This document shows, piece by piece, positions 26,513 to 35,109 of a stretch of 44,197 bases of DNA. The notes beneath the pieces are model-generated. The model was not told the origin of the DNA, did not search any database, and worked only from the letters and a program-made list of their open reading frames with translations. This DNA is from Candidatus Dormiibacterota bacterium. Its GTDB lineage: Bacteria > Chloroflexota > Dormibacteria > Aeolococcales > Aeolococcaceae. Position 1 is the first letter of the stretch, and every line of letters begins with the position of its first letter. The position numbers and the translations under genes are program-made. The stretch covers positions 51,205 through 95,401 of the forward strand of contig PLOF01000074.1 in the NCBI GenBank assembly GCA_003142035.1, given 5' to 3'.

Positions 26513-28965
26513 GCGGCGTGAGGAGGGTCACGTCGCCAGCCGTGCCGGCCCCGAGCGCGGCCACCCTGGCGGCAGCCTTCAGCGCCCACGTCGGGCTCAC
26601 CCTCGACCCCTTTCAACTCGAGGCGATCGAGAAGCTGGAACGCTCACGAGGGGTGCTGGTCAGCGCCCCCACATCGAGCGGCAAGACGCTCATCGCCGAA
26701 TACCCGATCTGGCGCTGCGTGGCGGCGCCGGCAAGCCTCCGGCGCGACGCCGACACCCCCCACCGGGTCATCTACACCACCCCCCTGAAGGCGCTGTCCA
26801 ACCAGAAGTTCCGTGACCTCGGGGAGCGCTATGGCGAGCAGAACGTCGGTCTGGTCACCGGGGAGCACACCGTCAACGAGCAGGCGCCGGTGGTCGTGAT
26901 GACGACCGAGATCCTCCGCAACATCCTCTACGACGAGCCGGCACGGGTCGACACCGTCGGTGACGTCATCCTCGACGAGGTCCACTACATCGACGATTAC
27001 CCGCGAGGAACCGTCTGGGAGGAGGTGATCATCGAGGCTCCGCGCCACATCCGGATCACCGGCCTCTCCGCCACCATCAGCAACGTCGACGAGGTGGCGG
27101 CGTGGATGAGTGGCCTCCGCGGCGGCATGGAGGTGGTGACCCAGACCGAGCGCCCGGTTGCCCTGGAGCTGTGGCTCTGCCTCGACAACCAGCTCTGGCC
27201 GCTCTTCGACGAGCGCGGTCAGGTGGCCCGAAGGACCCTTGATCAGGCCCAGAACCTGAGTGCCGGCGACCTGCGGCTGCGCTACGCGCGCCGCGCCCCG
27301 GAGAATGACCTGCTCCAGGTCATCGAGCGCCTGCGCGCCGGCGGGATGCTGCCGGCGATCTACTTCATCTTCTCCCGCCGCGGCTGCCGCGAAGCGCTCT
27401 CCCGCTGCGCGGTGCACGGCCTCGACCTCACCGACCCGGCCGAGAAGTCGGCCGTCGACACCGAGATGGCGCGTCGCATCCAGGGCATCGCGGACGACGA
27501 CGAGCGGCGGGTGTTCGTCGACGCCGTCGACACCAGGCTGCTCCGCCGCGGGATCGCCATGCACCATGCGGGCATGCTCCCGTACGCGAAGGAGACCGTC
27601 GAAACCCTCTTCCAGCGCGGGCTGATCAAGGTCGTGTTCGCCACCGAAACGCTCTCGCTCGGCTTGAACATGCCGGCGCGGGCTTGCGTCGTCTCCTCGT
27701 TCACCAAGTTCGACGGGACCGGGTTCCACGCCCTGACCTCGACCGAGCTGACCCAGCTGATGGGTCGCGCGGGACGGCGGGGCATCGACACCCTCGGCCA
27801 CGGCATCATCCTCAAGGAGTCGGATGTCGACGTCCGCGACATCTACGAGGCCGCCATTGGCGGTGAGATGAGCGTGGAATCGAAGTTCGCGCCCACCTAC
27901 ACGATGGTGCTCGCCCTGCTCAAGACGCGCACCCTGGAGCGGGCCGAGGAGCTGCTCGATCGATCCTTCGGTCAATACCAGGCGCTGCAGCGGAGTGAGC
28001 ACTGGGTGCACCGCAAAGCCAATCTCGAGCAGTTGCGCCTGGACCTGGGTCGGAGAATCTTTCGCCATCCCCGGCAGGCCTGCACCGAGACGACCCTCAC
28101 CCGTCATCTGCGTGTGGCCGCCCAGGTCGAGGTCATGGAGACCGAGGTGCGGCGCGCCCAGCGCCAGCACTGGCGAGACAGCCGGTCCGGCCGCTACGGA
28201 GGCCGGGCGGCCGACCCCGGGGGGAAGTTCGAGACCATGCGACGCTCGCTGAAGGGGACCCGGGCGCGGCTGGAGGAGAGTCCCTGCACGGGCTGCCCCT
28301 ACCTGAGCGAGCATCGCAATCACCGGAGGGAGAGCGAAGAGGTCGAGGGGACGCTCCGACACGGCGAGGAGGAGCTGCGCTCTGCGCGTGGCCGCTACCG
28401 TCGCGAGTTCCGGGCGCTGCGCGCGGTGCTCCGGGAGGGCGGCTTCCTGGAGAACGATCGGCCGACCGAGCTGGGCCTGCTGGCCGAGGCGCTCTTCGGC
28501 GAGAGCGCGCTGCTGGTCGCCGACGCGGTCCGGGCGGGCTGGCTGGAGGAGTTGACCGCGCCCGAGCTCGTGGGCACGCTCACCATGCTGGTGGCCGAGG
28601 ACAGGGGACGGGAGCGACCCCAACCCGCGCGTCGCCAGTGGCCGAGCCGCGGTGTCGAGCGCGGATACCGCCTGCTGCGCACCGATCTGCAACGGCTCGC
28701 CGCGGTCGAGGAGCACCACGGTGTCGCCACCCTCCGGCCGCTCTCCTTCGACTTCGTCGCCGCGGCGTACCAGTGGGCCTCCGGGGTGGCGCTCGCCGAG
28801 ATCGACGTCCCCCCGGGCTCCGACGTCGGAGACGTTGTGAAGGTCGTCAAGAACCTCTACTCCCTGCTCCGCCAGATGGAACAGGCTCTCCGCGAGCACC
28901 CGCTCGCGTCCCGGGTCCGGCGGGCCCGCGAGGCCGTCGAGCGCGAGATGATCCGCCGGATCTAG
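26509..28965 (+). CDS. Ski2-like DExH helicase (HelY-type)
   Basis: APTSSGKT, PLKALSNQK, DEVH, SAT, TETLSLGLNMPA and QLMGRAGRRG motifs, DSHCT-like C-terminus; GTGA overlap with the MFS gene. Confidence 0.93.
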   Translation: MSGVRRVTSPAVPAPSAATLAAAFSAHVGLTLDPFQLEAIEKLERSRGVLVSAPTSSGKTLIAEYPIWRCVAAPASLRRDADTPHRVIYTTPLKALSNQKFRDLGERYGEQNVGLVTGEHTVNEQAPVVVMTTEILRNILYDEPARVDTVGDVILDEVHYIDDYPRGTVWEEVIIEAPRHIRITGLSATISNVDEVAAWMSGLRGGMEVVTQTERPVALELWLCLDNQLWPLFDERGQVARRTLDQAQNLSAGDLRLRYARRAPENDLLQVIERLRAGGMLPAIYFIFSRRGCREALSRCAVHGLDLTDPAEKSAVDTEMARRIQGIADDDERRVFVDAVDTRLLRRGIAMHHAGMLPYAKETVETLFQRGLIKVVFATETLSLGLNMPARACVVSSFTKFDGTGFHALTSTELTQLMGRAGRRGIDTLGHGIILKESDVDVRDIYEAAIGGEMSVESKFAPTYTMVLALLKTRTLERAEELLDRSFGQYQALQRSEHWVHRKANLEQLRLDLGRRIFRHPRQACTETTLTRHLRVAAQVEVMETEVRRAQRQHWRDSRSGRYGGRAADPGGKFETMRRSLKGTRARLEESPCTGCPYLSEHRNHRRESEEVEGTLRHGEEELRSARGRYRREFRALRAVLREGGFLENDRPTELGLLAEALFGESALLVADAVRAGWLEELTAPELVGTLTMLVAEDRGRERPQPARRQWPSRGVERGYRLLRTDLQRLAAVEEHHGVATLRPLSFDFVAAAYQWASGVALAEIDVPPGSDVGDVVKVVKNLYSLLRQMEQALREHPLASRVRRAREAVEREMIRRI

Positions 28966-29048
28966 CCGCTGTCCACGGCGGCGCGGCGGGTGCAGGACGT
29001 GCCCGGCGCGCCGGGCCGGCGTACCGTTGGGAGCACGGACCCGAGGCC

Positions 29049-30431
29049 ATGACCGACAGCGACCCCGCCGGTACCGAGGGAGAGCCCCCACCGCACCGGT
29101 TCGACCGATCCGCCTCCGGCGGCTTGGACGGCGAAGCACGCCACCCGGCCCAGCGGCTTCGGCGGGCCCTGGCGGGCGAGATTGCGGGCCGGCGTACGGA
29201 GCAGACGGCCGAGGCGGCACCGCCGGACGGGGAGCCGGAGTTCGAAACCTTCTCCGGGCCTGTTTCACCCTCTGACCACGCCCACTGGACGCGGCGGATC
29301 ACCCGCCGGACGGTGATCACCGGGGTGTCCCTCGCAGCCCTGGTGGCGGCGGCCACCGGCACCCTGGTGCTGACACCGGCGACCCACCATCCGCCCATGG
29401 AAGTGGTGACGGGCACCCCGCCGATCGCGCTCCCCCCCGCTCCGCCCAGCCGGCCATCCGCCCGGGATGACGCGGCGATGGCCTACGACCCCGCCGACGG
29501 CGCCGTGCTCCTCTTCGGAGGGCTGGTGATCGGCGGTGAGGGGCTCAACGCGCTCGACGACACCTGGAGCTGGAACGGCACCCGGTGGGCCGAGCTGCAC
29601 CCGACCGCCTCGCCTCCGGGGCTGAGCGGAGCCCTCCTCGGCTACGACCCGGCAACCGGCAGCCTGGTGCTGACCGGCGGAGACACCAGCACCCCGGGAG
29701 GTCAGCTCGAGGAGAGGGATGCCACCTGGAGCTGGGGCGGCTCGGCGTGGACCGCTGAGGCGGCCGCTGCCCTGCCGGCAGCGGACCGCCCCACCGCGCT
29801 CGCCACCGACAGCGCCAGCGGGCAGCTCATCCTGACGACCACCAGCGCCGGGTGCGAAGGGTTCGACACCTGGGAGTGGGGAGGCAGCGCCTGGAAGCTG
29901 CTCCACCCGGCGACCTCTCCACCGGCCACCTTGGAGGCCGGTCTGGTGTTCGACCCGAGAACGGATGGTCTGGACCTCTTCCCCTCTGTCGCGGGATGCT
30001 CCGGGGTCGACGAAACCGCGTCGACCAACCCGCCCGTGTGGTTCTGGAACGGATCCACCTGGAGCACCACCATCGCCCAGTCCGACACCGTGCTGACCGG
30101 GTCCTGGGAGCTGGTCACATCGTCCAGCGCAGCGCTCGTGGTCACCTCGGGAGGCACGTATCAATGGAGCGGCGGTGATGGCGGCGGATGGAGCCAGGTC
30201 TCGACAAGCCCGGCGGCCGGCGATGCCGCCGTCGCCTACGACGCGGCGGACGATCAGGTCGTCCTCTTCGGCGGGATCTGCTCCAGCTGTGATGGCACGG
30301 CGGTCGCCGAAACCTGGACATGGGACGGAAGCTGGACACCACGCGCAGTGACGGCGTCGAACCCGACGCCCAAGCCGGGCCCAACTCCCTCTCCGGCCGT
30401 GCGGCACACTCCTAACCCGACGGCAATGTGA
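29049..30431 (+). CDS. Membrane-anchored Kelch-like beta-propeller protein
   Basis: One TM helix followed by about six T-W-x-W-x-G-x-x-W / YDP...LFGG repeats and a Pro/Thr tail. Confidence 0.8.
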   Translation: MTDSDPAGTEGEPPPHRFDRSASGGLDGEARHPAQRLRRALAGEIAGRRTEQTAEAAPPDGEPEFETFSGPVSPSDHAHWTRRITRRTVITGVSLAALVAAATGTLVLTPATHHPPMEVVTGTPPIALPPAPPSRPSARDDAAMAYDPADGAVLLFGGLVIGGEGLNALDDTWSWNGTRWAELHPTASPPGLSGALLGYDPATGSLVLTGGDTSTPGGQLEERDATWSWGGSAWTAEAAAALPAADRPTALATDSASGQLILTTTSAGCEGFDTWEWGGSAWKLLHPATSPPATLEAGLVFDPRTDGLDLFPSVAGCSGVDETASTNPPVWFWNGSTWSTTIAQSDTVLTGSWELVTSSSAALVVTSGGTYQWSGGDGGGWSQVSTSPAAGDAAVAYDAADDQVVLFGGICSSCDGTAVAETWTWDGSWTPRAVTASNPTPKPGPTPSPAVRHTPNPTAM

Positions 30432-30540
30432 CGGAGAGGATGCGACGGCGGTGATCGAGCGCTACTTCCCCGAGTGGCGCGAGGAGATGCGGCGCCGCTG
30501 GCGCTGATCGGCACGACGCCGGTGAGCGCGCGCTTCCCCG

Positions 30541-31233
30541 TCAGGGGACGGCGTCGACGGCCTGCTGCAGCCAGCGGGCGATAACCCCGCGGCGCAGCGC
30601 CTCGGTCTGACGCAACCACCCCTGCGCATCCTCGGGCAGGGGGATCTTGCCCGACCAGGCATCGAGGAGCTGGGAGTCCATCTCGATGTGGAACTGAAAG
30701 CCGTACGCACGTCCCAGCCGGAAGGCCTGGTTGACATAGGCGTCGCTGCTCGCGAGGTGGCACGAGCCACGCGGCAGATGAAAGGTGTCGCCGTGCCAGT
30801 GAAGCACGGGGAGTGCCGGGCCGCAGCCGGCGAAGACCGGATCGTCGCGTCCCGACCCCGTGAGTGTGATCGCCCCGAGGCCAACCTCCTGACCGTGCTC
30901 ACCCGGCGTGACCGCGGCTCCGCAGGCAGCGGCGAGCAACTGCGCTCCGAGGCAGACCCCGAGGATGGGCAGTCCACGGGTCACCGCATCATGGATCAGC
31001 GCCACCTCGTCGCGCAGCCGCTGATCGGGGGCGTACACGGCTTGCGGACCGCCCATCACAACCAGGAGCGGCATCCGGTCGAGGTTGGGAAGCGGATCGC
31101 CCGTCCCGACCCGGTGCACCTGCAGACCGATCCCCGCCGCCATCTCCCCGATCAGGCCCGGCCCCTCGTCCTCAACGTGCTCGATGACGACCAGCAGAGG
31201 CGGGCGCGCGAACACTTCCGCGCCAACTGTCAT
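30541..31233 (-). CDS. Class I glutamine amidotransferase (GuaA-N-like, stand-alone)
   Basis: MGGP, GVCLGAQL, HWHGD and QFHIE: intact Cys-His-Glu triad. Confidence 0.92.
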   Translation of the reverse strand: MTVGAEVFARPPLLVVIEHVEDEGPGLIGEMAAGIGLQVHRVGTGDPLPNLDRMPLLVVMGGPQAVYAPDQRLRDEVALIHDAVTRGLPILGVCLGAQLLAAACGAAVTPGEHGQEVGLGAITLTGSGRDDPVFAGCGPALPVLHWHGDTFHLPRGSCHLASSDAYVNQAFRLGRAYGFQFHIEMDSQLLDAWSGKIPLPEDAQGWLRQTEALRRGVIARWLQQAVDAVP

Positions 31234-31703
31234 TCGTCGCGAACCATCGCCTCAGGGACGGAGACCACCCGATAGGGGAGGTCGGTGATGTCGTAGTAGC
31301 GGACCTGCTTGTGGAAACGCTTGGCGATCCCGATCTGGACCTTCACGCCGAGCGAGGTGCTGCCGAAGACCCACATCTCATCGCACTTCACGATCAGGTT
31401 GTTGAAGGCCTCGCGCACCGTCTCCTTGGGGACGGTGTGGAGAAGGTAGTAGTCGAAGAGCATGAAGGGGACGATGGGCACGGCCCCCTCGTCGAGCACG
31501 AACTTGCTGATGTGCTGGCGCCAGTAGAAGTTGCGATTGCTGATGGCGCAGTAGACGACCCGCCGGGGGCGGCGCAGCACACGCTCCGCCTGCTCCGCGG
31601 GAGAGGCCTTGGGTCGCGGTGTGAAGATCCGCTCGAGGATGTCCTCGGCGTCCTTGACCACCCCGCTGACGGGCGGCATCGGAGTGGATTCGGTATCGGG
31701 CAC
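31230..31703 (-). CDS. Hypothetical protein, nucleoside 2-deoxyribosyltransferase-like (DUF4406-like) fold
   Basis: VVYCA...PF...LIVKCDEMWVFG..SLGV..QI..AK...KQVRYY pattern; ATGA overlap with the GATase; exact start uncertain. Confidence 0.65.
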   Translation of the reverse strand: MPDTESTPMPPVSGVVKDAEDILERIFTPRPKASPAEQAERVLRRPRRVVYCAISNRNFYWRQHISKFVLDEGAVPIVPFMLFDYYLLHTVPKETVREAFNNLIVKCDEMWVFGSTSLGVKVQIGIAKRFHKQVRYYDITDLPYRVVSVPEAMVRDE

Positions 31704-31765
31704 GGAGGCGCCCTGGCCCTCACTATGCGAAAACAAAAACAGCGTCCGATGATAGCATCGCCCGC

Positions 31766-32437
31766 TCATCCAGATTCCGACCAGCCGATCAGAGGAGCCA
31801 GTCGCGACAGGGCGCTGTCCAATTGGCGGACGCGGGCGGGGTCGTTGAGCCAGCGGCTCTGCCCCGACGGGTGGGGCAGGGGAAGCAGCAGGGGGAGCAC
31901 CACCGGAACCACTCCCGGCGCCTCAACCACAGCTCCCGAGGCGTCGAAGAGGCGGCCCACCACATCGTCCAGGCGGCGGCCCGGGAGGAAGCGGGCGAGA
32001 GCGAGGCTGCCGATGGGCATCACCAGCCGCGGTGCGAGGAGGCCCAGGATCGTGTCCAACCACCCCGAGCAGAGGGCCACCTCCCGGGAGCTGGGCCGGC
32101 GGTCCCCACGGCCGTCGACGGTGCGCCCGGGGAAGCAGGTGGTCATCGACGTCATGTAGACGCGGCGGCGGACGTCCGCCTCGCCGGCAAAACCGCCACG
32201 CTCGAACCAGCGCATCAGCTGACGGCCGGCGCGCCCGGCGAAGGGTCGAGTGGAGTCGTTCTCCACTGGCCCCGGAGCCTGGCCGACGAGCAGGATGCGC
32301 TGCCCCACGTGGCCGCTGAAGACGGGGTTGGAGGTGGCGAGGTAGCCGGCATCCACGCACCGAGTGCAGCGGCGCTGGGCCTCCTGCACGGACTGCAGCG
32401 TGGTCTCGCCCGAGCCGGGCTGATCAGCGTCCGCCAC
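31766..32437 (-). CDS. Uracil-DNA glycosylase superfamily protein (family 4/5-like, Fe-S)
   Basis: CTRC, VGQAPG, PFAGRAG, TCFPG...ALC and LPHPSG motifs; GGAG SD before GTG 32437. Confidence 0.9.
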   Translation of the reverse strand: MADADQPGSGETTLQSVQEAQRRCTRCVDAGYLATSNPVFSGHVGQRILLVGQAPGPVENDSTRPFAGRAGRQLMRWFERGGFAGEADVRRRVYMTSMTTCFPGRTVDGRGDRRPSSREVALCSGWLDTILGLLAPRLVMPIGSLALARFLPGRRLDDVVGRLFDASGAVVEAPGVVPVVLPLLLPLPHPSGQSRWLNDPARVRQLDSALSRLAPLIGWSESG

Positions 32438-32606
32438 GCCCGCGCTCCAGCGCTCGGATGCGCTGACGGCCGAGCCGCCGCGAGTGGTGGCTGGGGCCGA
32501 TGCGACGGTCGACCGCACGCGCCCCCGGGGGTATCATCGAAATGCGGCCACCCGTCATCGTCCACATCACGGCCGGCGGACCGCATGGCGTGCGCAGTGG
32601 GACGTG

Positions 32607-32993
32607 ATGCCTGACGAAGATTTCCGTCCGACCCACGAGTTCCCCGCGGATTCGCGGCCGACGAACGTGCCTCCAGAGTGGTGGGACCTTCTCGATCGCA
32701 ACGATCTCCCCAAGGGGGGCGGCGAATCCGACCGCGGCTCCCGCCGCCGGAGGAGCCGGGACGAGGACATCATCCACGGTCTCCAAGGCGGGAGCGTCCC
32801 AGGCACCCCGCTGAGGTGGCGCCTGTGGGTCACCAACGTCGCGCTCGTCGTCATCGCAGCGCTCCTGCTGGCGGTCGGTCTCGGCAACACCACCCCGAAC
32901 GGGCTTGGCGCGATCCTGCTTCTGATGGGGATCGCTGCGCTGCTGGCGCTGGTGGGCATCCAGGTGGCCCGCAGCACGCACCGCCGAGGGTGA
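32607..32993 (+). CDS. Hypothetical 2-TM membrane protein
   Basis: Charged N-terminus, two C-terminal hydrophobic helices, GC3-biased codons. Confidence 0.7.
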   Translation: MPDEDFRPTHEFPADSRPTNVPPEWWDLLDRNDLPKGGGESDRGSRRRRSRDEDIIHGLQGGSVPGTPLRWRLWVTNVALVVIAALLLAVGLGNTTPNGLGAILLLMGIAALLALVGIQVARSTHRRG

Positions 32994-33022
32994 GACCGGG
33001 CGCGGGGCACTAGCATCTCCCC

Positions 33023-33901
33023 ATGGACGTGGAGCCGCAGCGGCGGCGCCGTGGGCGGCGACACCTGGACCCGGGTGCGGGAATGCGGTTCGGGCGCCTC
33101 GCGGCCGATGCCGACGCGGTGTCAGCGCAGCGCAGGTTCACCCGGGCGGCTGGGGACATCGCGGCTCTCGCGTCCGGGGAAGACGCGGCGGCCGTCGAGC
33201 AGCTGGCCACCGCACCGATCCGGGCGATGGGCCGGATCGCCCAATCCAGCAACGCCGTCTTCCTGCTCGAGCTGGACGCTCCCGACCCCCACCGCGCGGG
33301 ACAGCCAATGCGCGCGATCTACAAGCCGACCCGCGGCGAGCGACCACTCCACGACTTCACCCGCAACACCCTGCACCTTCGCGAGCGCGCCGCCTACCTC
33401 GTCAGCGCGGCGGCAGCCATGGGCGTGGTGCCTCCGACGGCGCTGCGCGACGGGCCGCATGGACCGGGGAGCGTGCAGCTCTACATCCACCCGGGAGACG
33501 AGCCGCTGCCGGAGAGCGCGGCCCCCGATCTGGAGGCACAGCTCCACAGGCTCGCCGTCTTCGACGTCCTCGCCAACAACGCCGACCGCAAACGTGCCCA
33601 CCTCCTGGTGGACGGTGTGGGACACGTCTGGGGGATCGACAACGCGCTCACCTTCCTCCCCTACCCGCGCCAGCGGACGGTCCTCCTCGACCTGGGCGGG
33701 AGCGACCTGGACCCCGACGACGCAGAGCTGGTGCGGCAGCTCCGAGATGGAGACTCCCGCACCGCCCTCCGAGCCGCGCTCCGCCGGCTGCTGAGCGCCA
33801 CCGAGGTCGAAGCGTTCGAGGGAAGGCTGGAAGAGCTGACCGACCACCCGTGGTACCCGCGGCTGGACGATTGGGACGGCCGGCCCTTCGAATGGTGGTG
33901 A
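33023..33901 (+). CDS. SCO1664-family PI3/4-kinase-like protein
   Basis: SNAVFL, YKPTRGERPLHDF, RERAAY, DGPHGPGSVQ and NNADRK...IDN motifs; TAGCAT ends 6 nt before the ATG. Confidence 0.88.
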   Translation: MDVEPQRRRRGRRHLDPGAGMRFGRLAADADAVSAQRRFTRAAGDIAALASGEDAAAVEQLATAPIRAMGRIAQSSNAVFLLELDAPDPHRAGQPMRAIYKPTRGERPLHDFTRNTLHLRERAAYLVSAAAAMGVVPPTALRDGPHGPGSVQLYIHPGDEPLPESAAPDLEAQLHRLAVFDVLANNADRKRAHLLVDGVGHVWGIDNALTFLPYPRQRTVLLDLGGSDLDPDDAELVRQLRDGDSRTALRAALRRLLSATEVEAFEGRLEELTDHPWYPRLDDWDGRPFEWW

Positions 33902-33908
33902 CCGACGC

Positions 33909-34109
33909 GGGCCCCCACGCGGCCTGCCGCGGGGGCGAGGGGCCTGCAAAGGCCCCCTGTCAGTCGCCGGGGCCCCCACGCGGTTTGCCGCGAGCGCGCG
34001 CAGCGCGCAGTCATGGCGGGGTGAGGCGAGGCCGGCTTGGCCGGGCCGCCGAGGGGCGGCGAGCCCCTGTGACGGGAGCCGGGGCCCCCACGCGGCCTGC
34101 CGCGTGGGG
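33909..34109. repeat. Three REP-like units GGGCCCCCACGCGGYYTGCCGCG
   Basis: Copies at about 33909, 33970 and 34082; the last forms the hairpin CCCCACGCGG-cctg-CCGCGTGGGG; lies between convergent genes. Confidence 0.75.
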
Positions 34110-34116
34110 AGGAAAG

Positions 34117-34189
34117 TACGCCCGGAGGGACTTGAACCCCCGCTCCCGGCTCCGGAGGCCGGTGCTCTATCCAACTGAGCTACGGGCGC
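34117..34189 (-). tRNA. tRNA-Arg (CCG)
   Basis: Cloverleaf GCGCCCG...AGCTCAGTTGGATAGAGC...CCGGC-CTCCGGA-GCCGG...GGTTCAAGTCC...CGGGCGT-A; CCA not encoded; TATACT -10 at 34202-34207. Confidence 0.96.
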
Positions 34190-34284
34190 ACGCTGCGATC
34201 GAGTATACGGGCTGCCAGGTCCATGCCCTCCGGACGGCTCCGGCGAAGGGGCCGCCCGCCTGTGCAGACTTGCTCCGAGAAACC

Positions 34285-35106
34285 GTGAACGACGAAGCCT
34301 CTCCGCCGCCGCCGCCCCCCGCACGCGGGGGAGCGCCCTGGGATCAGGCTCCTCCGCCGCCATCCCCACCCCCACTGGGATGGTCATCCCAAGGTCAGGC
34401 GCCGCCGCCACCCCCGCCGCCACCCGGATGGGCACCCTGGGGTCAGGCGCCGCCGCCCCCTCCACCCGTGCCGGCGTGGCCACCCTGGGGAGCGCCGCCC
34501 CCACCTCCCCCATCCCGGCCGGGTGGGGGCACCTCAGGGTGGAAGCTCGCGGCGGCGGCCCTCGCCGGCGCGGCCCTCGCCGCGGTGGCGGGCGGCGGCG
34601 CCTACCTCCTCGTCAGTCGCGCCTCTCCCGGCTCACCGACCAGCAGCACGGGCACGGCGACACCCGTGCCGCTTCCCAGTGGGTCGACGGCCCCGACCTC
34701 CGGCGAGCCGCCGATCCAGCCGGCCACCGACTGCGCCGGGGGCAGCTCGACGGACAGCTACATGGCGGCGGCGGTGAAGGACATCTGCCAGGTCCTGATC
34801 CCGATCGCCGCCATGGACCCCGCCTGCGCGGGTACTCCCGGGGCCGGCTGCGAGAGCGCCGCCCGCGAACTGAACCAGGTCGCGGCAGCGGCCCTGAAGG
34901 ATCTCGGGGCTCGCAAGCCGGTCACCGCGGGCGAGCGGACGGCCGGCCCCCATCTCAAGGCGGCCTTCCAGGACTACGCGAAGGCGGGTGCCGAGATCTC
35001 GAAGGGGGTCGCCACCGGCAGCCGCTCTCTCGAGAGCGACGGGTTGACCGCGGAGACAGCGGGCACCGACGCGCTGAGCGCGGCGGGAGTGGATCTGAGC
35101 AGCTGA
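34285..35106 (+). CDS. Pro-rich single-pass membrane protein with Cys-containing C-terminal domain
   Basis: W-G-Q-A-P(n)-like repeats, one TM helix, Ser/Thr linker, helical domain with 4 Cys. Confidence 0.75.
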   Translation: MNDEASPPPPPPARGGAPWDQAPPPPSPPPLGWSSQGQAPPPPPPPPGWAPWGQAPPPPPPVPAWPPWGAPPPPPPSRPGGGTSGWKLAAAALAGAALAAVAGGGAYLLVSRASPGSPTSSTGTATPVPLPSGSTAPTSGEPPIQPATDCAGGSSTDSYMAAAVKDICQVLIPIAAMDPACAGTPGAGCESAARELNQVAAAALKDLGARKPVTAGERTAGPHLKAAFQDYAKAGAEISKGVATGSRSLESDGLTAETAGTDALSAAGVDLSS

Positions 35107-35109
35107 GCC

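Noticed and set aside
26644-29268. 874-aa minus-strand ORF and many other long overlapping ORFs in the track
   Set aside because: Antisense or alternate-frame shadows of well-supported genes, expected at this GC content; no recognisable motifs.
33909-34109. CRISPR array
   Set aside because: Only three units with unequal periods (about 61 and 112 bp), structured GC-rich spacers, and no cas genes or leader.
34117-34189. Prophage or island integrated at tRNA-Arg
   Set aside because: No integrase and no duplicated tRNA 3' end in the window.
34223-34288. 21-codon uORF overlapping the GTG of the Pro-rich gene
   Set aside because: No properly spaced -10 or SD; such frames arise readily by chance in GC-rich DNA.
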